Below are positions 46,378-58,764 of a stretch of DNA of 64,000 nt, one piece after another (within the stretch, counting starts at the first letter, position 1; every line of letters begins with the position of its first letter). The notes under the pieces are model-generated. The model had not been told where the DNA came from and searched no databases. It worked only from the letters and a program-made list of their open reading frames with translations. The position numbers were made by a program, and so were the translations under genes. The stretch spans positions 1-64,000 of the forward strand of contig NW_003314369.1 of assembly GCF_000143415.4 (NCBI RefSeq), in the 5' to 3' direction. The DNA comes from Selaginella moellendorffii (Eukaryota; Plantae; Lycopodiophyta).

Positions 46378-47535
46378 TGTAAGGAACCAACTCTCCAAGG
46401 TGTCATAGGTTAAAGGATCCCCGAAAGCATGACCAAAATGACAAAGAGTTCATTGGATGGGACTGAGTCGAAAATCGAGTCCAAGACCGACTCTGAGATC
46501 GAGTTCGAGATAGAGTCCGGGATCGAGTTCGAGGCCAAATCAAAGACCAAATCAAAGACCGAGTTCGAGACCGAGTTCGAGACAAAGTCTGAGATCCAAA
46601 TTGGGTCCGAGACTTAGTTCGAGGTCGAGTCCGAAGTTGGGTCCGAGATCGGGTCCGAGATCGAGTCCAAGATCGAGTCCGAGACCGAGTCCAAAGTCAG
46701 GTTCGAGATCAAGTCCGAGATCGAGTCCGAGATTGATTCTGAGTACTAATACGGGTCAAGGGGTGAAAGCCCAAAGCATGCGTCTCCCAGGGGGGGGGCT
46801 GCTGCAGGGGGTTCCAAAAGTATAGTAGGGATAGTGAGGTTCAGGAATCAGTCTTGAAGGAACTCTCCAGTGGTGCTTCCAAACTGACTTGAGGTTGAGA
46901 CTAGGGCTGAGGGTCCTTGGGTGGGAGTGAGCAGGAACTTGGGTGGTGCCAGAGGGGCCACCCCAGAAAGTGCTCAAGAACAGCTCCCACTCCTAAAAGG
47001 GAAACCGACTGTGGTGCTCCCAGCTCATGTGGAGTGGTGCCCCACTTGAGTACCTTGCGGCTCATTGGCCCTCGCCCTTCCTAGGGGCTTGGGCCTTCCT
47101 TCGGGATGGAAGTGGGGGGGTAGAGGTACTCATATCGGGCTGTTAGGCCATGGTGTTTCACCCCAACATCCTGAAGCAAGTGTTGCACCCAAGACTTGAG
47201 ATTTAGAAGGTCCCATGATCAAGTCTTGTGGTACCAAGGGGTGTTAAGAACCTGGAGGCTTGGTATGATTGGCTACTTGTGCCTGCGGGGAGTGTAGCCG
47301 AACCTTAAGTCCAGTCCAACCCGGGGAGGGGGATTGGGAGAGATTTAGGAATCTGTGGATGGATGGTTAACGCTCTATTGCTTGTGCAATGAGTAGTTGA
47401 AACCAAGTAGGACCAAGTAGGAGTTGATACCATAGGTGGGAACCTTGGTGAGGGAACTTAGCAAAAGCCAAGGCAGTGTTGGACGGATAGACGAGGTAAG
47501 CTGGCAAGTTGGAAAGGAAAAATTTGTGGCTTACA
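46378..47535 (+). repeat. 3' LTR of chromovirus copy 2
   Basis: Homologous to 8745-9891; TGTAAG...TTACA ends. Confidence 0.93.
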
Positions 47536-48464
47536 CCAGGATTTGCATGCAAAACAATGTCAAATGGTGTGTACACAATTTTAATATACCAATGGCTTAC
47601 CGTGAGGAGGTGAGTACCACATCAATTAGCATAGTATGAAGATTAGGCTTAAACCCAAGTCAAACGTAAAACAAAGAGCAATACACCCCTGCAAAAGCCA
47701 ATTTAATATCTTTGATGGTTAGCTATACAATCCAACCACTATCCCTATTAGACACTTGAACCTTCTCCTTTACATCCAAAAATATTAAGACTCAAATACC
47801 CTTTAGTTGTCACTAACAAAGAGTTAGCCACCTTTGTTGCTCCGAGTACCAATTGACTTACAAAGGAATGATACACCCTTGTCTATAGGGATATAGGGAA
47901 AGAGCTAGAGGCCTAACTCCCCTGAGTAGAAATCAATTTCATCGAGAAGATTTAGACAATTATTATAAGTTAGTAGAAGAAATTGTTTATATGACCATAC
48001 CCCTTTTAAAAAATGAGTCAATGAGAGAGTGGTAAGAACTTGTGATCAGTCGATAATAGTTATCCTTATAATTATGAATTAAACCCATTCACCGAAGTGT
48101 CAAAGTCAACCTGCCAACACTGACCCAAAACTAATGAACGAAAGAAACAAAACTTGTGAATTTAAAGAAATGTATTACTTTATTGATTTGCAAGATTTAT
48201 TACAAAGGTTACAAAAACTACTGTTTATTATAATTTTCATACTCCGTGATAAGCTCACGGGCATGTGTAAGATTCCTAAGAGGCTCCCAAGTTAATTCAC
48301 AAGTTAAGTAACCTTTTCACCTAACAAAATATTCCTTCACACAAACCCATCTCCAAATAGAGAATCTAATATATTCTCAGGTGCACCATCCACAACATTT
48401 GGTGGTAGATGAATCTCTCCTTGCCGTACAATATCCATAGTGTACGGTGCCATAATGTACAGTG

Positions 48465-48720
48465 TATGATTTGGAGGGACTGATCATCATGGAAATGCAA
48501 GGGGAGAAGTGGCATGTTGTGTCATGCTATGACAAGCTTGGCGATGTGAAAGTGTACGAGAACTTGATATGCACCGATGGGAGCAACAGCATATGGCTGG
48601 TCGACTTGGACCACTCATGCATCATGCACTTTAGAGTGGTTTCCAAGTGCTGGTTGGAGGTGGAGACACCTCCAGACACTTTTCATGGACACAAGGAACT
48701 CGCATGATTCTCCTATTAAG
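48465..48720 (+). pseudogene. 3' fragment of a third F-box paralogue, with duplicated downstream flank
   Basis: DLEGLII.EMQGEKW...ICTDGSNSIWLVD matches the C-terminus of the 28951-30000 product. Confidence 0.85.
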
Positions 48721-49219
48721 TAAGTAAGAAGTTGTTTTTCTTTCTCCCTGTTTTTTGTATGAGGTTTTGCTGAAAGCGTTGAGCATACCTGGCTCTTATG
48801 CGGGTATACAAGTTGAGTGAAATTCTGCCGACCGTCTCCTCTTTGCTGACAAAGTTTTGTGTATGACCACCACGTTTTGCTCCAGCTTGGTTTGATTGTT
48901 TGGATCAAGCTATACTATTATATGATTTACTTTTTAAAAATTGATTCAGTCCACTAAGATAGATCAAGGAGGTCCTAAGAAAAGTATTATCAAAAACTGA
49001 AGGTACTCATTTTCTTTAAGAAGTAGATGTAAAATAAACAAAGGTTACTTTTTACTTTACTTTTATTGCTGTTTAATATATTTACTAATTTCTTGAACAC
49101 ATGTATGTTTAGAAAGTCAAAAACATACTCATGTTAAAAGTTTGATGAGTATTTTATTTTTACTTGCATCTATTAATAATAGGCTAATATTAATTAAAAT
49201 AAGCAATAATTTCCCTTGG

Positions 49220-49660
49220 CAACGGATTGATGCCCTGCATTTTTTCCGAAGGCATACAAGGACTGGGATATTCCTTTGCAGATGCCTCTGCACCGAGTTT
49301 TTCTAGGAGCAGCTTGGCGAAAATCCAACTTTTCCATTGAAAGACCTAATTAAACTAGGAGGCAGGAAACAAAAAAAAGGTGCCTGGAAACATTCTAATA
49401 TCGATCAAGTCAACTTGGATTCTCAGTGTGTTGAAGGATGGTGGAGGTGAAGTCTGTGTTGGGATCTTTGCAATGGCACACCATTGATGGAAACGTTGGA
49501 GTTTGGATCCTCAATGCAAAAATCCTGGAGAAGATGCACAAAAAGAGTGCGCTGTTGGTATATGAAATTGCAAAAACTCAAGACAAAATACTTGGTATGA
49601 ATCTGTGACCTCTGCTCGACAGTATTTATTTGCAGTGCTCAATAGTGTCGAGAGACAATT
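49220..49660 (-). pseudogene. Inverted degenerate germin-like gene copy including its promoter
   Basis: Reverse complement gives caggatttttgcattgaggatccaaactccaac...ttcacctccaccatcctt...gacttgatcgatattagaatgtttccagg, matching 50815-50995; upstream part matches 50660-50735. Confidence 0.8.
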
Positions 49661-49739
49661 TTTTTACATATACAAATCATTTTCCAAAAAGTTGTTTGAG
49701 AAGGTTTAAACGAGTTTATTAAGTTTGTGATAACACTCA

Positions 49740-49772
49740 ACCCTTAGATTGCTGGTTCGATTCCGGCAGATT
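49740..49772 (+). pseudogene. Remnant of a tRNA-Tyr 3' half
   Basis: ACCCTTAGATTGCTGGTTCGATTCCGGCAGATT resembles plant tRNA-Tyr ATCCTTAGGTCGCTGGTTCGAATCCGGCAGGT; no 5' half visible. Confidence 0.5.
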
Positions 49773-50734
49773 AAATATTAATTTGATAAATCAGCTAGAA
49801 GCAAACCCAGAAGAGCCTTGTCTCTAACCCATAAAAGCTTATAAAATTCAAAGAGCAAACAGCAAGCCAGATCTAGGATAGTAACCTTTTCTCTTATGTT
49901 CATTAGCGTCTCTTTGTGTTTCTACTTTAGTCAGACTTCCTATCAAATTATATTATTATATTTGTCATCAACACGTTCCTCATTCTTTTATTCAAGTATC
50001 TTCGCACCTCCTCACAATCGTGCTGTGGGCCAAGCAGGGAATGAGGAGGACTTTTTATGCTTAGAAGATCAGCCAGTGACGAGAGCCTTGAAATCCAAGA
50101 GGTGGCCCAAGTCTGGCCCCACCTTATAAGGATGAAAGCTCATTGATCCAGTAGCTTGGACAAAACAATCTTTGTAACACTTGCATGCACACATTTTGAG
50201 AAGATCTGAGGCATTAACAATTAACACAACACACTTCTAAGTACAAAAATAATTCAAGGCTTGAGCCTTTTAATCCACAGCCCTTGGGATCACCTTGAAT
50301 GGAAGTGAATTGAGTCATTGCTGTGCTAAGTTAATTCTTCCAAGCGGAGTTTTTCCGTGGCTGGATCTCTGTCAACTTTTCAAAGTGTGCACTGTTTACC
50401 GTGGAGATTTGCGGTTGATAGAGGTTTCCTTTATTGTTGAAATTTCAGTTCTAGAAACGTTTTAAAAAGTCTGATTTATAAGTCTCCGAATTTTCCATGC
50501 TACCTTTCACGGCTCCTCTTCTTTTGAGCTCGTTCACTCAAGATCCACTACTTCACGCCAACGGGTGACATGACATATCGTTGTCTCTGCATAATGTATA
50601 CATGACCATGAGAAACAATTAAAAATTATAGCTCTCGATGCCATTTCTGCGAATAAATACCAGCGAGCAGAGGCCACAGATTCATACCAAGTAGTTTCGT
50701 CTTGAGTTTTCACAATTTCAAGTGTTCTATACCA

Positions 50735-51388
50735 ATGGCTCTCATCAAAATTGTCACGGTGTCATTCTTTCTGTGCTTAACTATTATTGGAGTGTTGGGC
50801 GATGAGGATCCTCTCCAGGATTTCTGCGTCGAAGATCCAAACTCCAATGTGTTCATCAACGGAGTTCCTTGCAAAGATCCCACCACAGTCACTGCCGATG
50901 ACTTCACCTCCACAATCCTTCGTCAGGCTCCAGTCATAAACAACACACTGCGAATCCAAGCCGACTTGATCGATATCAGACTGTTTCCAGGCCTCAACAC
51001 GCAGGGACTCTCCATTGCTCGCCTTGCATTCGGTCCATTTGGCGTGAATCCTCCGCACAACCATCCCCGAGCGTCCGAGGTCATCTGGCTCCTCCAAGGA
51101 CGCCTCTATGTTGGATTTGTGTCAACTTCCAACCGGTTGTTTGCAAAGGTTTTATATCCCGGTGATCTGTTCATCTTTCCCAGGGGACTAGTTCACTTCC
51201 AGCGAAACCTGGATAAGTCGGACACGGTTGCGGTGGCTGCGCTTGGAAGTCAAAACCCAGGACGAACAGACATTGCTAGAGCATTGTTCCAGACCACTCC
51301 AGACATCATGAACGAAGTTCTGGAGGCAACTTTGCAGGTTGACGAAAATGAGATTGATGAGTTACGACGTGGAGTGAGTCGGACTTGA
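50735..51388 (+). CDS. GLP: Germin-like protein (cupin), intronless
   Basis: Signal peptide, DPLQDFCV, GLNTQG, germin box GVNPPHNHPRASE, FIFPRGLVHFQ. Confidence 0.95.
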   Translation: MALIKIVTVSFFLCLTIIGVLGDEDPLQDFCVEDPNSNVFINGVPCKDPTTVTADDFTSTILRQAPVINNTLRIQADLIDIRLFPGLNTQGLSIARLAFGPFGVNPPHNHPRASEVIWLLQGRLYVGFVSTSNRLFAKVLYPGDLFIFPRGLVHFQRNLDKSDTVAVAALGSQNPGRTDIARALFQTTPDIMNEVLEATLQVDENEIDELRRGVSRT

Positions 51389-51713
51389 TTCTGGACAAAA
51401 GGTCCAAGTACAAAATGCTTGCAAAAATCTCAATAAAGCTCTTAGTTCAAAGGGGAACGCCAGGCAGATTGAACTATAGTTTTTCAGGCCTTTCCAAGAT
51501 TTTTGTGCCGCTTCTTACAAGCATGGATGGAGCATTCCAGTAGAGAAATTTCTGGAGTCTTGCGCCATTCCAGATTTTAGTCGAGCAATCAATATTTTGA
51601 TAGAGCAATGTGATCCTGGAATTAGGGTTTTGGCCTAATCCACCAACACTCTCACATCAGGGTCCAGTTGATCGACATCACAAGGTTCCCAGGCCTCAAC
51701 ACACAAGGGTCCA

Positions 51714-54700
51714 TTGGGAGTCGATCAGCTGACGTGGCATGTCCACGTGAGTTTGAGTCATGTAAAAAGAGTCGGAACACAATGAACGAGCTCATGAGTG
51801 TTATGTCCATCCCTTTTCACATCACAACATGGTATCGGATTTCGGGGACGATCCTGGTTGGTTGATTTGACGTTGCTGTCACGGCCGCTTCAACCCCACC
51901 ACCGCCGCTGCTGCCGCCGCCGCCGCCGCCACCAGTCTTCTCTCACGATCTTCTAAATCGATATTTTACATAGTAACCCTGCCCTATTATATTGGCGGCG
52001 ATGGAAGCTCTGTGGCACGAATTTCTTCACATGGGCGACAAGAATCAGGCTGATCCTCTCTGTGAAACGAGCGTGGAACATCGTTGATGGGACTTCGCAC
52101 GATCTTCGTGGCCCAAGCAGTAAATTCTTCCATGTTGCTGAATCATGGCGCTTCACATGGAAACGGATGAAACCATTGCTGTGTACGTGGGACGGATTCG
52201 AGGGCTAATGGCTGAATTGACTGGTGCTGGGTCTCCTGTCACGGACGATCGCGCCAGGGCGTTGCTGCTTGCAACCGTCACGCCTGCATTTAGCACGCTC
52301 GCATCTGTTCTATCTCACATGGCCATGAACTTTGATCGTCACTATTGCCACAAACCTGGACACTTGGCGAGGGATTGCAAGAAGAAGAAAGCTGATCGTG
52401 CTAAAGCTGCCAAGAACAAAGACAAAGAAAACAAAGACAAGGGCTCTGGGACTCCTCGTAAGCTCTTGATGGCTCGCTCTGCAAGCAGCAGCCACCAGCC
52501 CGTGCTCGGACCAGAGCTGTGGCTGGATTCTGGAGCGTCATTCCATATGACGCCCATGGCTTCCTTGTTCTTTGACTACCAAGAACCGTGTGAGCGTGAC
52601 GCCGTGGGACTCGGTGACTCCTCTGCTCACGACGTGCTAGGCAAAGGAACAATCAGGGTTCAGCTCTCTTCTGGAGAAATCCGGGAGATCTATCCTGTGT
52701 CGTATGTTCCGGGACTCACACACACGCTGCTGTCGATTGGAACTGCTGCTCAAGTAGGCTTCGATACTCTGTTCACAGCACAGGGAGCGTTGCTGGATGC
52801 CGAGACTGGAGACAAGGTCGCTTTTGGAGTTCCAGTTGATACGCTCTACCGCCTGGATGCTCACGTGATCCTTCCACCTGTGACACTTGCAACCTGGCAC
52901 GAGCGCCTTGGTCACGTGAACGAGCAACAGCTCAAAAAGGTGGATGTTCCTGTGGCGCTTGGGAGTGCGCTGCCCTTCTGCGAAGCTTGTGTTGGTGGAA
53001 AACACGTATTTCCTTTTCCACAGATTTCTCATTCTCGAGCAAGTTCTGTTCTTGAGTTAGTACATTCGGACGTTTGTTCGATTATGGTTGAATCTTTGGG
53101 AGGCAAACGTTACGTCGTCACCTTCCTGGATGATTACACGCGGTACCTGATCGTGTACCTGCTGGCTCATAAGTCAGAAGTGTTCTCCTGTTTCAGCCAA
53201 TACAAGGCTTTGGTAGAAAAGCTACACGACTGTTTAGTTCGTGTGCTCCGCTGCGATCATGGAGGAGAATTCGTCTCTGGAGACTTCGAGACGTTTTGTG
53301 CTGAAGCTGGGATCCAGCGCCAGTATGCTGTCCCTGATGCACATGCCCAGAGTGGTGCTGCCGAGAGGGTGAATCGCACCATCATAGAAGCTGCATGCTG
53401 TATGCTGCTTCACGCGGGAATGCCGGCTGCTTTCTGGGGAGAGGCAGTTAACACGGCTGTTTATGTTCGAAACCGGTTGCCAACACGTGCCCTGCCTGGG
53501 AAGACCACTCCTTATGAGCGTTGGACTGGTCACGCACCTGGTTACGATCATCTCCGCATTTTTGGCTGTTTCGCCTATGCACACGTTCCACACAAGCAAC
53601 GCCGAAAGCTGGAGTCAAAGGCTGAGCCATCCATTTTCCTGGGATATTTGGAAGGCATGACAGGATATTGCCTTTATTCTCTCAAGCGCAAGACTTTGCT
53701 GGAAGGACGGGATGTGCTCTTTGATGAGAGCAAGCTCTACAAGGATTGCACTGAAATTCCTGCTCCTACTTTCGTGGAACTCCAGCTGGTGGACACAGTT
53801 CACGTGACTACAGCTCCTTCTCAAGTCCCATTGCTGCCTCTTGCTCCTGCTGATGGTAACGTGGTGGTTCCTCCAGCACTGCCACCATGCCCTTTAGCTA
53901 CGCCTCTGCAAGAATCTCCTCCAGTGAGAACATTTAGCTTCTCTGAAGAGCTGATGAACACTTACTTCAAGGGCGACGAGGAATTTCAAGCTGCTCCTGA
54001 GTTCTTCCTCGTCTCATCTTCAGTGGGAGCTGGACGTGGATCATCACCTTCAGTGGGAGCTGGAAGCAGGTCGCCAACTTCAGTGGGAGCTCTCCCAGAC
54101 TCTCCACTTGTTCCACCACCTGTGATCCACCCTCCAGCACGTCCTGAACCACGGCGCTCTGCTCGAGTTCCCGTACCATCGAGGCTGCAACTGGAAGCTG
54201 AGCAATCTCGTCCCTTCTTTAGTTTTGGAAAAATTAAAAAGAAAGGAACGCACCAGGCTAACTTCGTGGCTGCTAATCCAGAGCAAATCCCCATTCCAGC
54301 GAATGTTGACGAGGCATTAGCTAGACCTCATGCTGCCCAATGGCAAGAAGCCATGAATGCTGAAATGCATTCGCATGAGCGAAACAATACAATGACAAAG
54401 ACAACCTTACCTGAAGGTGCTCACCCTGTGAGCTCGAAATGGATTTACACAGTCAAGTACAAACCTGATGGAACTGTAGTAAAGTTCAAGGCCAGGTTTG
54501 TCGCGCGGGGATTCAGCCAGATTCCAGGTTTGGAATACATGGAGACGTACTCACCAGTTGTGAAGTTGACCTCTGTGCGAGTGATCCTTGCACTGGCTGC
54601 CAAGTACGACCTGGAACTGCACCAGTTGGACGTTCGCACTGCTTTCCTGCACGGCAAGTTGAACGAGGAGGTCTACATCAAGCAACCACCTGGATTCGTC

Positions 54701-55124
54701 AAACCTGGTGAGGAACATCTTGTTTGCAAGCTCAATCGCGCCCTGTATGGGCTTAAACAATCCCCGAGGGTTTGGTATGAACACATTGATGCGTTCTTCA
54801 AGAGCCTGGGGTGTGTTCCTCTTGCAGTGGAAGGAAACGTGTACCTGTACAAGTGTGGTGACGATTTTCTCCTGGCTTTGGCTTGAGACTCCTTTGAACG
54901 CCATCGCGCTGCACTGGGAGTCTGCTCTCCATCTGTTTCGGCTGAGTGGGAGGGGTAGTCCATCCTCTCAGCTGATCGAGCCAGAGTGGGAGTGTCGAGA
55001 TCGATCAGCTGACGTGGCATGTCCACTTGGTCATGAGTCATGTCCCTTGGAGTCATGTAAAAAGAGTCGGAACACAATGAACGAGCTCATGAGTGTTATG
55101 TCCATCCCTTTTCACATCACAACA
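51714..55124 (+). mobile_element. Ty1/copia retrotransposon with short LTRs, internally deleted
   Basis: LTRs ~51714-51829 and 54993-55124, TSD GTCCA(T), PBS TGGTATCGGA, PPT AGAGTGGGAG. Confidence 0.92.
52145..54886 (+). CDS. Copia polyprotein (Gag knuckle, PR, IN, partial RT), truncated before YVDD, RNase H missing
   Basis: CHKPGHLARDC, WLDSGASFHM, WHERLGH..CEAC, LVHSDV, KARFVARGF, LDVRTAFL, LYGLKQS. Confidence 0.9.
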   Translation: MALHMETDETIAVYVGRIRGLMAELTGAGSPVTDDRARALLLATVTPAFSTLASVLSHMAMNFDRHYCHKPGHLARDCKKKKADRAKAAKNKDKENKDKGSGTPRKLLMARSASSSHQPVLGPELWLDSGASFHMTPMASLFFDYQEPCERDAVGLGDSSAHDVLGKGTIRVQLSSGEIREIYPVSYVPGLTHTLLSIGTAAQVGFDTLFTAQGALLDAETGDKVAFGVPVDTLYRLDAHVILPPVTLATWHERLGHVNEQQLKKVDVPVALGSALPFCEACVGGKHVFPFPQISHSRASSVLELVHSDVCSIMVESLGGKRYVVTFLDDYTRYLIVYLLAHKSEVFSCFSQYKALVEKLHDCLVRVLRCDHGGEFVSGDFETFCAEAGIQRQYAVPDAHAQSGAAERVNRTIIEAACCMLLHAGMPAAFWGEAVNTAVYVRNRLPTRALPGKTTPYERWTGHAPGYDHLRIFGCFAYAHVPHKQRRKLESKAEPSIFLGYLEGMTGYCLYSLKRKTLLEGRDVLFDESKLYKDCTEIPAPTFVELQLVDTVHVTTAPSQVPLLPLAPADGNVVVPPALPPCPLATPLQESPPVRTFSFSEELMNTYFKGDEEFQAAPEFFLVSSSVGAGRGSSPSVGAGSRSPTSVGALPDSPLVPPPVIHPPARPEPRRSARVPVPSRLQLEAEQSRPFFSFGKIKKKGTHQANFVAANPEQIPIPANVDEALARPHAAQWQEAMNAEMHSHERNNTMTKTTLPEGAHPVSSKWIYTVKYKPDGTVVKFKARFVARGFSQIPGLEYMETYSPVVKLTSVRVILALAAKYDLELHQLDVRTAFLHGKLNEEVYIKQPPGFVKPGEEHLVCKLNRALYGLKQSPRVWYEHIDAFFKSLGCVPLAVEGNVYLYKCGDDFLLALA

Positions 55125-55524
55125 GTCCATCCCTGATCATCCGAGGTCATCTATTGTCTCCAGGGACGCATCGACGCTGGGTTTGTGACGACTGCCAACA
55201 GGCTGTTCGAGAAGGTTTGATATCCTGGGGACTTGTTTATCTTTCCTCGAGGGCTGGTCCGCGGATGACCCGGTCAGCGCTCTCGCTATCGTCACTCTTG
55301 GTCCTGGTCGCACGGATGTGGCTAGGGCTTTTTTCCAGACTCAAGAATCTGATAACCTGAACGAAGTGATCGAAGCAGCTCTCCAAGTTGACGGAAGTGA
55401 TTAAGAGTATTTGTTAAAGGTAAGAATTTGATTTTTTTAAAACTAAATCAAGGAGGCATCGCATTTTCTTAACTGGTATCTGCCCTAATCTCATGAGGGT
55501 TTAGGGTTTTTTGAGGGGATTGCG

Positions 55525-58500
55525 ATGCCGCTGGGGCAGCGCGCCGGCGATAACAGCGAGTCGCGCTACGCCGGCTGTGAGATCCTACGCCACACGGATG
55601 ACATCGAGGAGGCGCTATCGTCTAGCCTCTCGGCTGGATTCGACTTCATCGTTCTTCCTCTGGTGAGATTATAGCACAAAGTTTTAGTTCGTGTTCTAGG
55701 TTGTGTTCTTATTGTGTGCTTGGCAGACTAATCCGGAGTATAGGCCCAGTAAGAATGCGGGCTTGGTTCCACCGTTTTGTGGATCGGACCTGGTGTTTAG
55801 CTCGACGCAGTGGAGCAGCCATGTCGTTGGTAAGTGTAGCGCTTCGTTTCCAAATGGTTATCGGATTTTACTTCTTGTTCTAGGACGAGTAAGTGACTGG
55901 ATTGACTTGGATGGTGATGACGACGTTGCTCGTCTGGATTCGGAGCTTGTGTTGAAGAAGGAGCTTAGCTGGGCTGGGCATCTCTCTGTACAGGTTTGTG
56001 TTCGTTTGTAGACTTGGATGTGGTTTCTACTGATTCGCTCTTGCCAGGCGTGTTTACTTCCAACTCCAAAGGTATTTGGCTGTGCAAACTATGCGCGCTG
56101 CGTCAATCAGGTTCTCCAAGGCCTGGGGAACATGCAGGTTTGTGTTCGATTGCTCTTTCTGGATGGTTTTGGATCCTAAGAGGTTTGTTTCAGCTATGGC
56201 TTAGATTGCCATTGCAAACTCCGGAAATGGAGGAGGCAGAGGCAACTGATACTGAAGATGCTGCATATCTGGTAAACGTTGGGTTTTCTTTTTTTCTCAA
56301 TCTGATTGCTTTGGGCAGAAGAGGGATCCAATATCAAACCGCTTGCTCAATGATTCGTGGGAATGGTGGCATATGTTTCGTACACTTTGCGAGTATCATA
56401 GCCAGCTGGGCGTCGCGCTCGACATCACGTAACTTTCACTCTTGTCACTGCATATTAGCTCACTGTCTTTTCAGAGCATCACTCCCTCCGGCGAGCGCCA
56501 TCAAACGCTGGATTGGAGAACCGCTAAAGGCTGCTATCCTCCATACAAGTGTAAGTGTCACACAAACACAGGGTCGCGATTTCTAATAGCTAATGTTTAG
56601 GCCTTCTTGACGAACAAACGAGGATATCCTTGCCTGTCAAAGCGTCACCAGAGTCTGATTACAATGCTGTTTAATCACTCAGTGCAGGTTTGTTGCTCGT
56701 GCTCTTTGTGTTTCACATTTGACCATTGGACAGGTTATTTTGTCCGGTGAGTCATTTCATTCAGTTGGTGCGCTTGAGTATGCGGCAGAAAATGGAGAGC
56801 TTGGGCAAGGTGTGCTCTGTTAGTCACTTGATAACTAGTTGATTCCTCGTTTTGAAATCAGACAATGGAAACTCTCAGGACCCTTTAATACTTTATCGCG
56901 ATTATGTTGCAAACCTCTATCGCAAGCTCGACCCATTGACTACACAGGAACAATTCGAGGTGATTTTTACCCATGATCTTTCTTCTTCCTTCTTAAGACG
57001 TATAATTACCACATTACATTTGCAGTTAGGATACCGAGATTTCCTGCAAGCGCCACTACAGGTATACCGTAAATCTTATGTTTCTTAAAACATTTTCGCT
57101 CGTTCTTTTCTTTTTCTTTCCAGCCGTTGATGGATAATTTGGAGGCGCAAACCTACGAGACCTTTGAAAAAGATGCCACGAAATATGATCAAGTTCGTCT
57201 TTTCGTTTTACCTGTAAATGCATCGAACCTACATTGTTTATGTTAACACAGTATCAAAACGCTATACGGGCAGCCTTAGTAGATCGGGTGTCTGATGCAG
57301 AGGCATCTACCAAAACTATTGTAAGTATGATGGTCAGTGTTTCTGGGATAATGACTTTTTAAGTTTCAGGTGCTTATGGTGGTTGGCGCTGGAAGAGGAC
57401 CTCTTGTGCGAGCTTCGCTCAAGGTATGCAAGCGTCTTTATAATTCTTGACTTCCGTTCGTTTATCTGAAGGCTGCTGAAGAATGTGGAAGAAATCTACG
57501 TGTCTATGCGGTTGAAAAGAATCCCAACGCTGTTGTTACGCTTTCGGTAAATTCCTTTCTGAAATTTCTCTTAGTTTTTCATCGGCTTGCGTGTGATCAG
57601 AGGCTTATCAAGATCGAGGGATGGGAAGATCTAGTAGAACTCGTTTCTTGCGACATGAGGCACTGGGATGCTCCCGAGCAAGCAGATATTTTGGTATATC
57701 ACCAAATTGCATATTTCTGTCCTCATATTGTGTGACAGGTTAGTGAGCTCTTGGGATCATTTGGAGATAACGAGCTCTCTCCGGAGTGCTTGGACGGCGC
57801 TCAACGGTTTTTGAAGAAAGATGGAATTTCTATTCCCTCATCGTAAGTGACAGAACTCAAGTCTTCGTTTTGACAGGTTTTCTTGCAGATACACAAGCTA
57901 TATAGGTCCCGTTACGGCATCAAAGTTGTACAATGACGTACGTACCTGTTTGCTCGAGCTAGACAGCTAACCTGGTGGACCTTGTGCCTTTACAGGTCAA
58001 ATCTTACAATGACCTTTCGCATTTTGAGACGGCTTATGTTGTAAAGCTGCACAATGCGGCTCCTTTGGCTGCCCCTCAACCTGTAAGTGTTATGCCAGGT
58101 CCAGAACGGCAGACAACTCTTTGTTTATTTACAGGTTTTTACATTTGTACACCCAACGGACAACACTGACAACAGGAGATACAAGCGGCTCGTTTTCAAC
58201 TTCTCACCGGATACAGGATCAGCTCTAGTTCACGGTACTGTTGTCTTCGACTGTTTATTCACCCGCAAATCAATGTTTACGTTTCACTCTTACGCAGGAT
58301 TCGGAGGCTACTTTGACGCTGTTTTGTACAAGGATATTCACCTCGGCATTGAACCATCTACAGCAACACCAAACATGTTCAGCTGGTAAGCTTGGCAAAT
58401 GGAGATGCTGGAGTCGGTTCTATTTTTCTTGCAGGTTTTCTATATTCTTTCCTCTCCGCACACCAATATACGTTCCTGCCGGTGCTTTGTTGGAGCTCCA

Positions 58501-58665
58501 CTTTTGGCGCTGTGTTGCTCCTACCAAAGTAAGGCCTCTCTGTTTCTCCATGTCCACTCTTACATATATTTTTATCCGCAGGTGTGGTATGAGTGGAGCG
58601 TTACATCTCCTACCGTATCTCCTCTTCACAATCCCAATGGTCGATCTTACTGGGTCGGTTTGTAG
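55525..58665 (+). CDS. PRMT5: Protein arginine N-methyltransferase 5 (SKB1), more than 20 short exons
   Basis: MPLGQRAG start; exons encoding [66 protein letters not shown] and GRSYWVGL*; telo-box TAGGGTTT upstream. Confidence 0.95.
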
Positions 58666-58764
58666 CTTGGGGAGTTTTCATTTTGGCAACTTGTGCCTCT
58701 AGTATTCTTTCAAAAGCAAGGTATCAGCTTTTCATATCTCAAGCTTCCGTATAGCTAAACGTTG

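Larger units (their letters stand above)
41400..47535 (+). mobile_element. Chromovirus copy 2, 5'-truncated, not inverted
   Basis: Collinear with copy 1 from gag onward; 3' LTR 46378-47535; different 3' flank (CCAGG), so an independent insertion. Confidence 0.95.
51640..55400 (+). pseudogene. Germin-like pseudogene split by a copia insertion
   Basis: LIDITRFPGLNTQG before 51713 and SEVIY..QGR..GFVTTANRLFEKV..PGDLFIFPRGLV after 55125. Confidence 0.8.
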
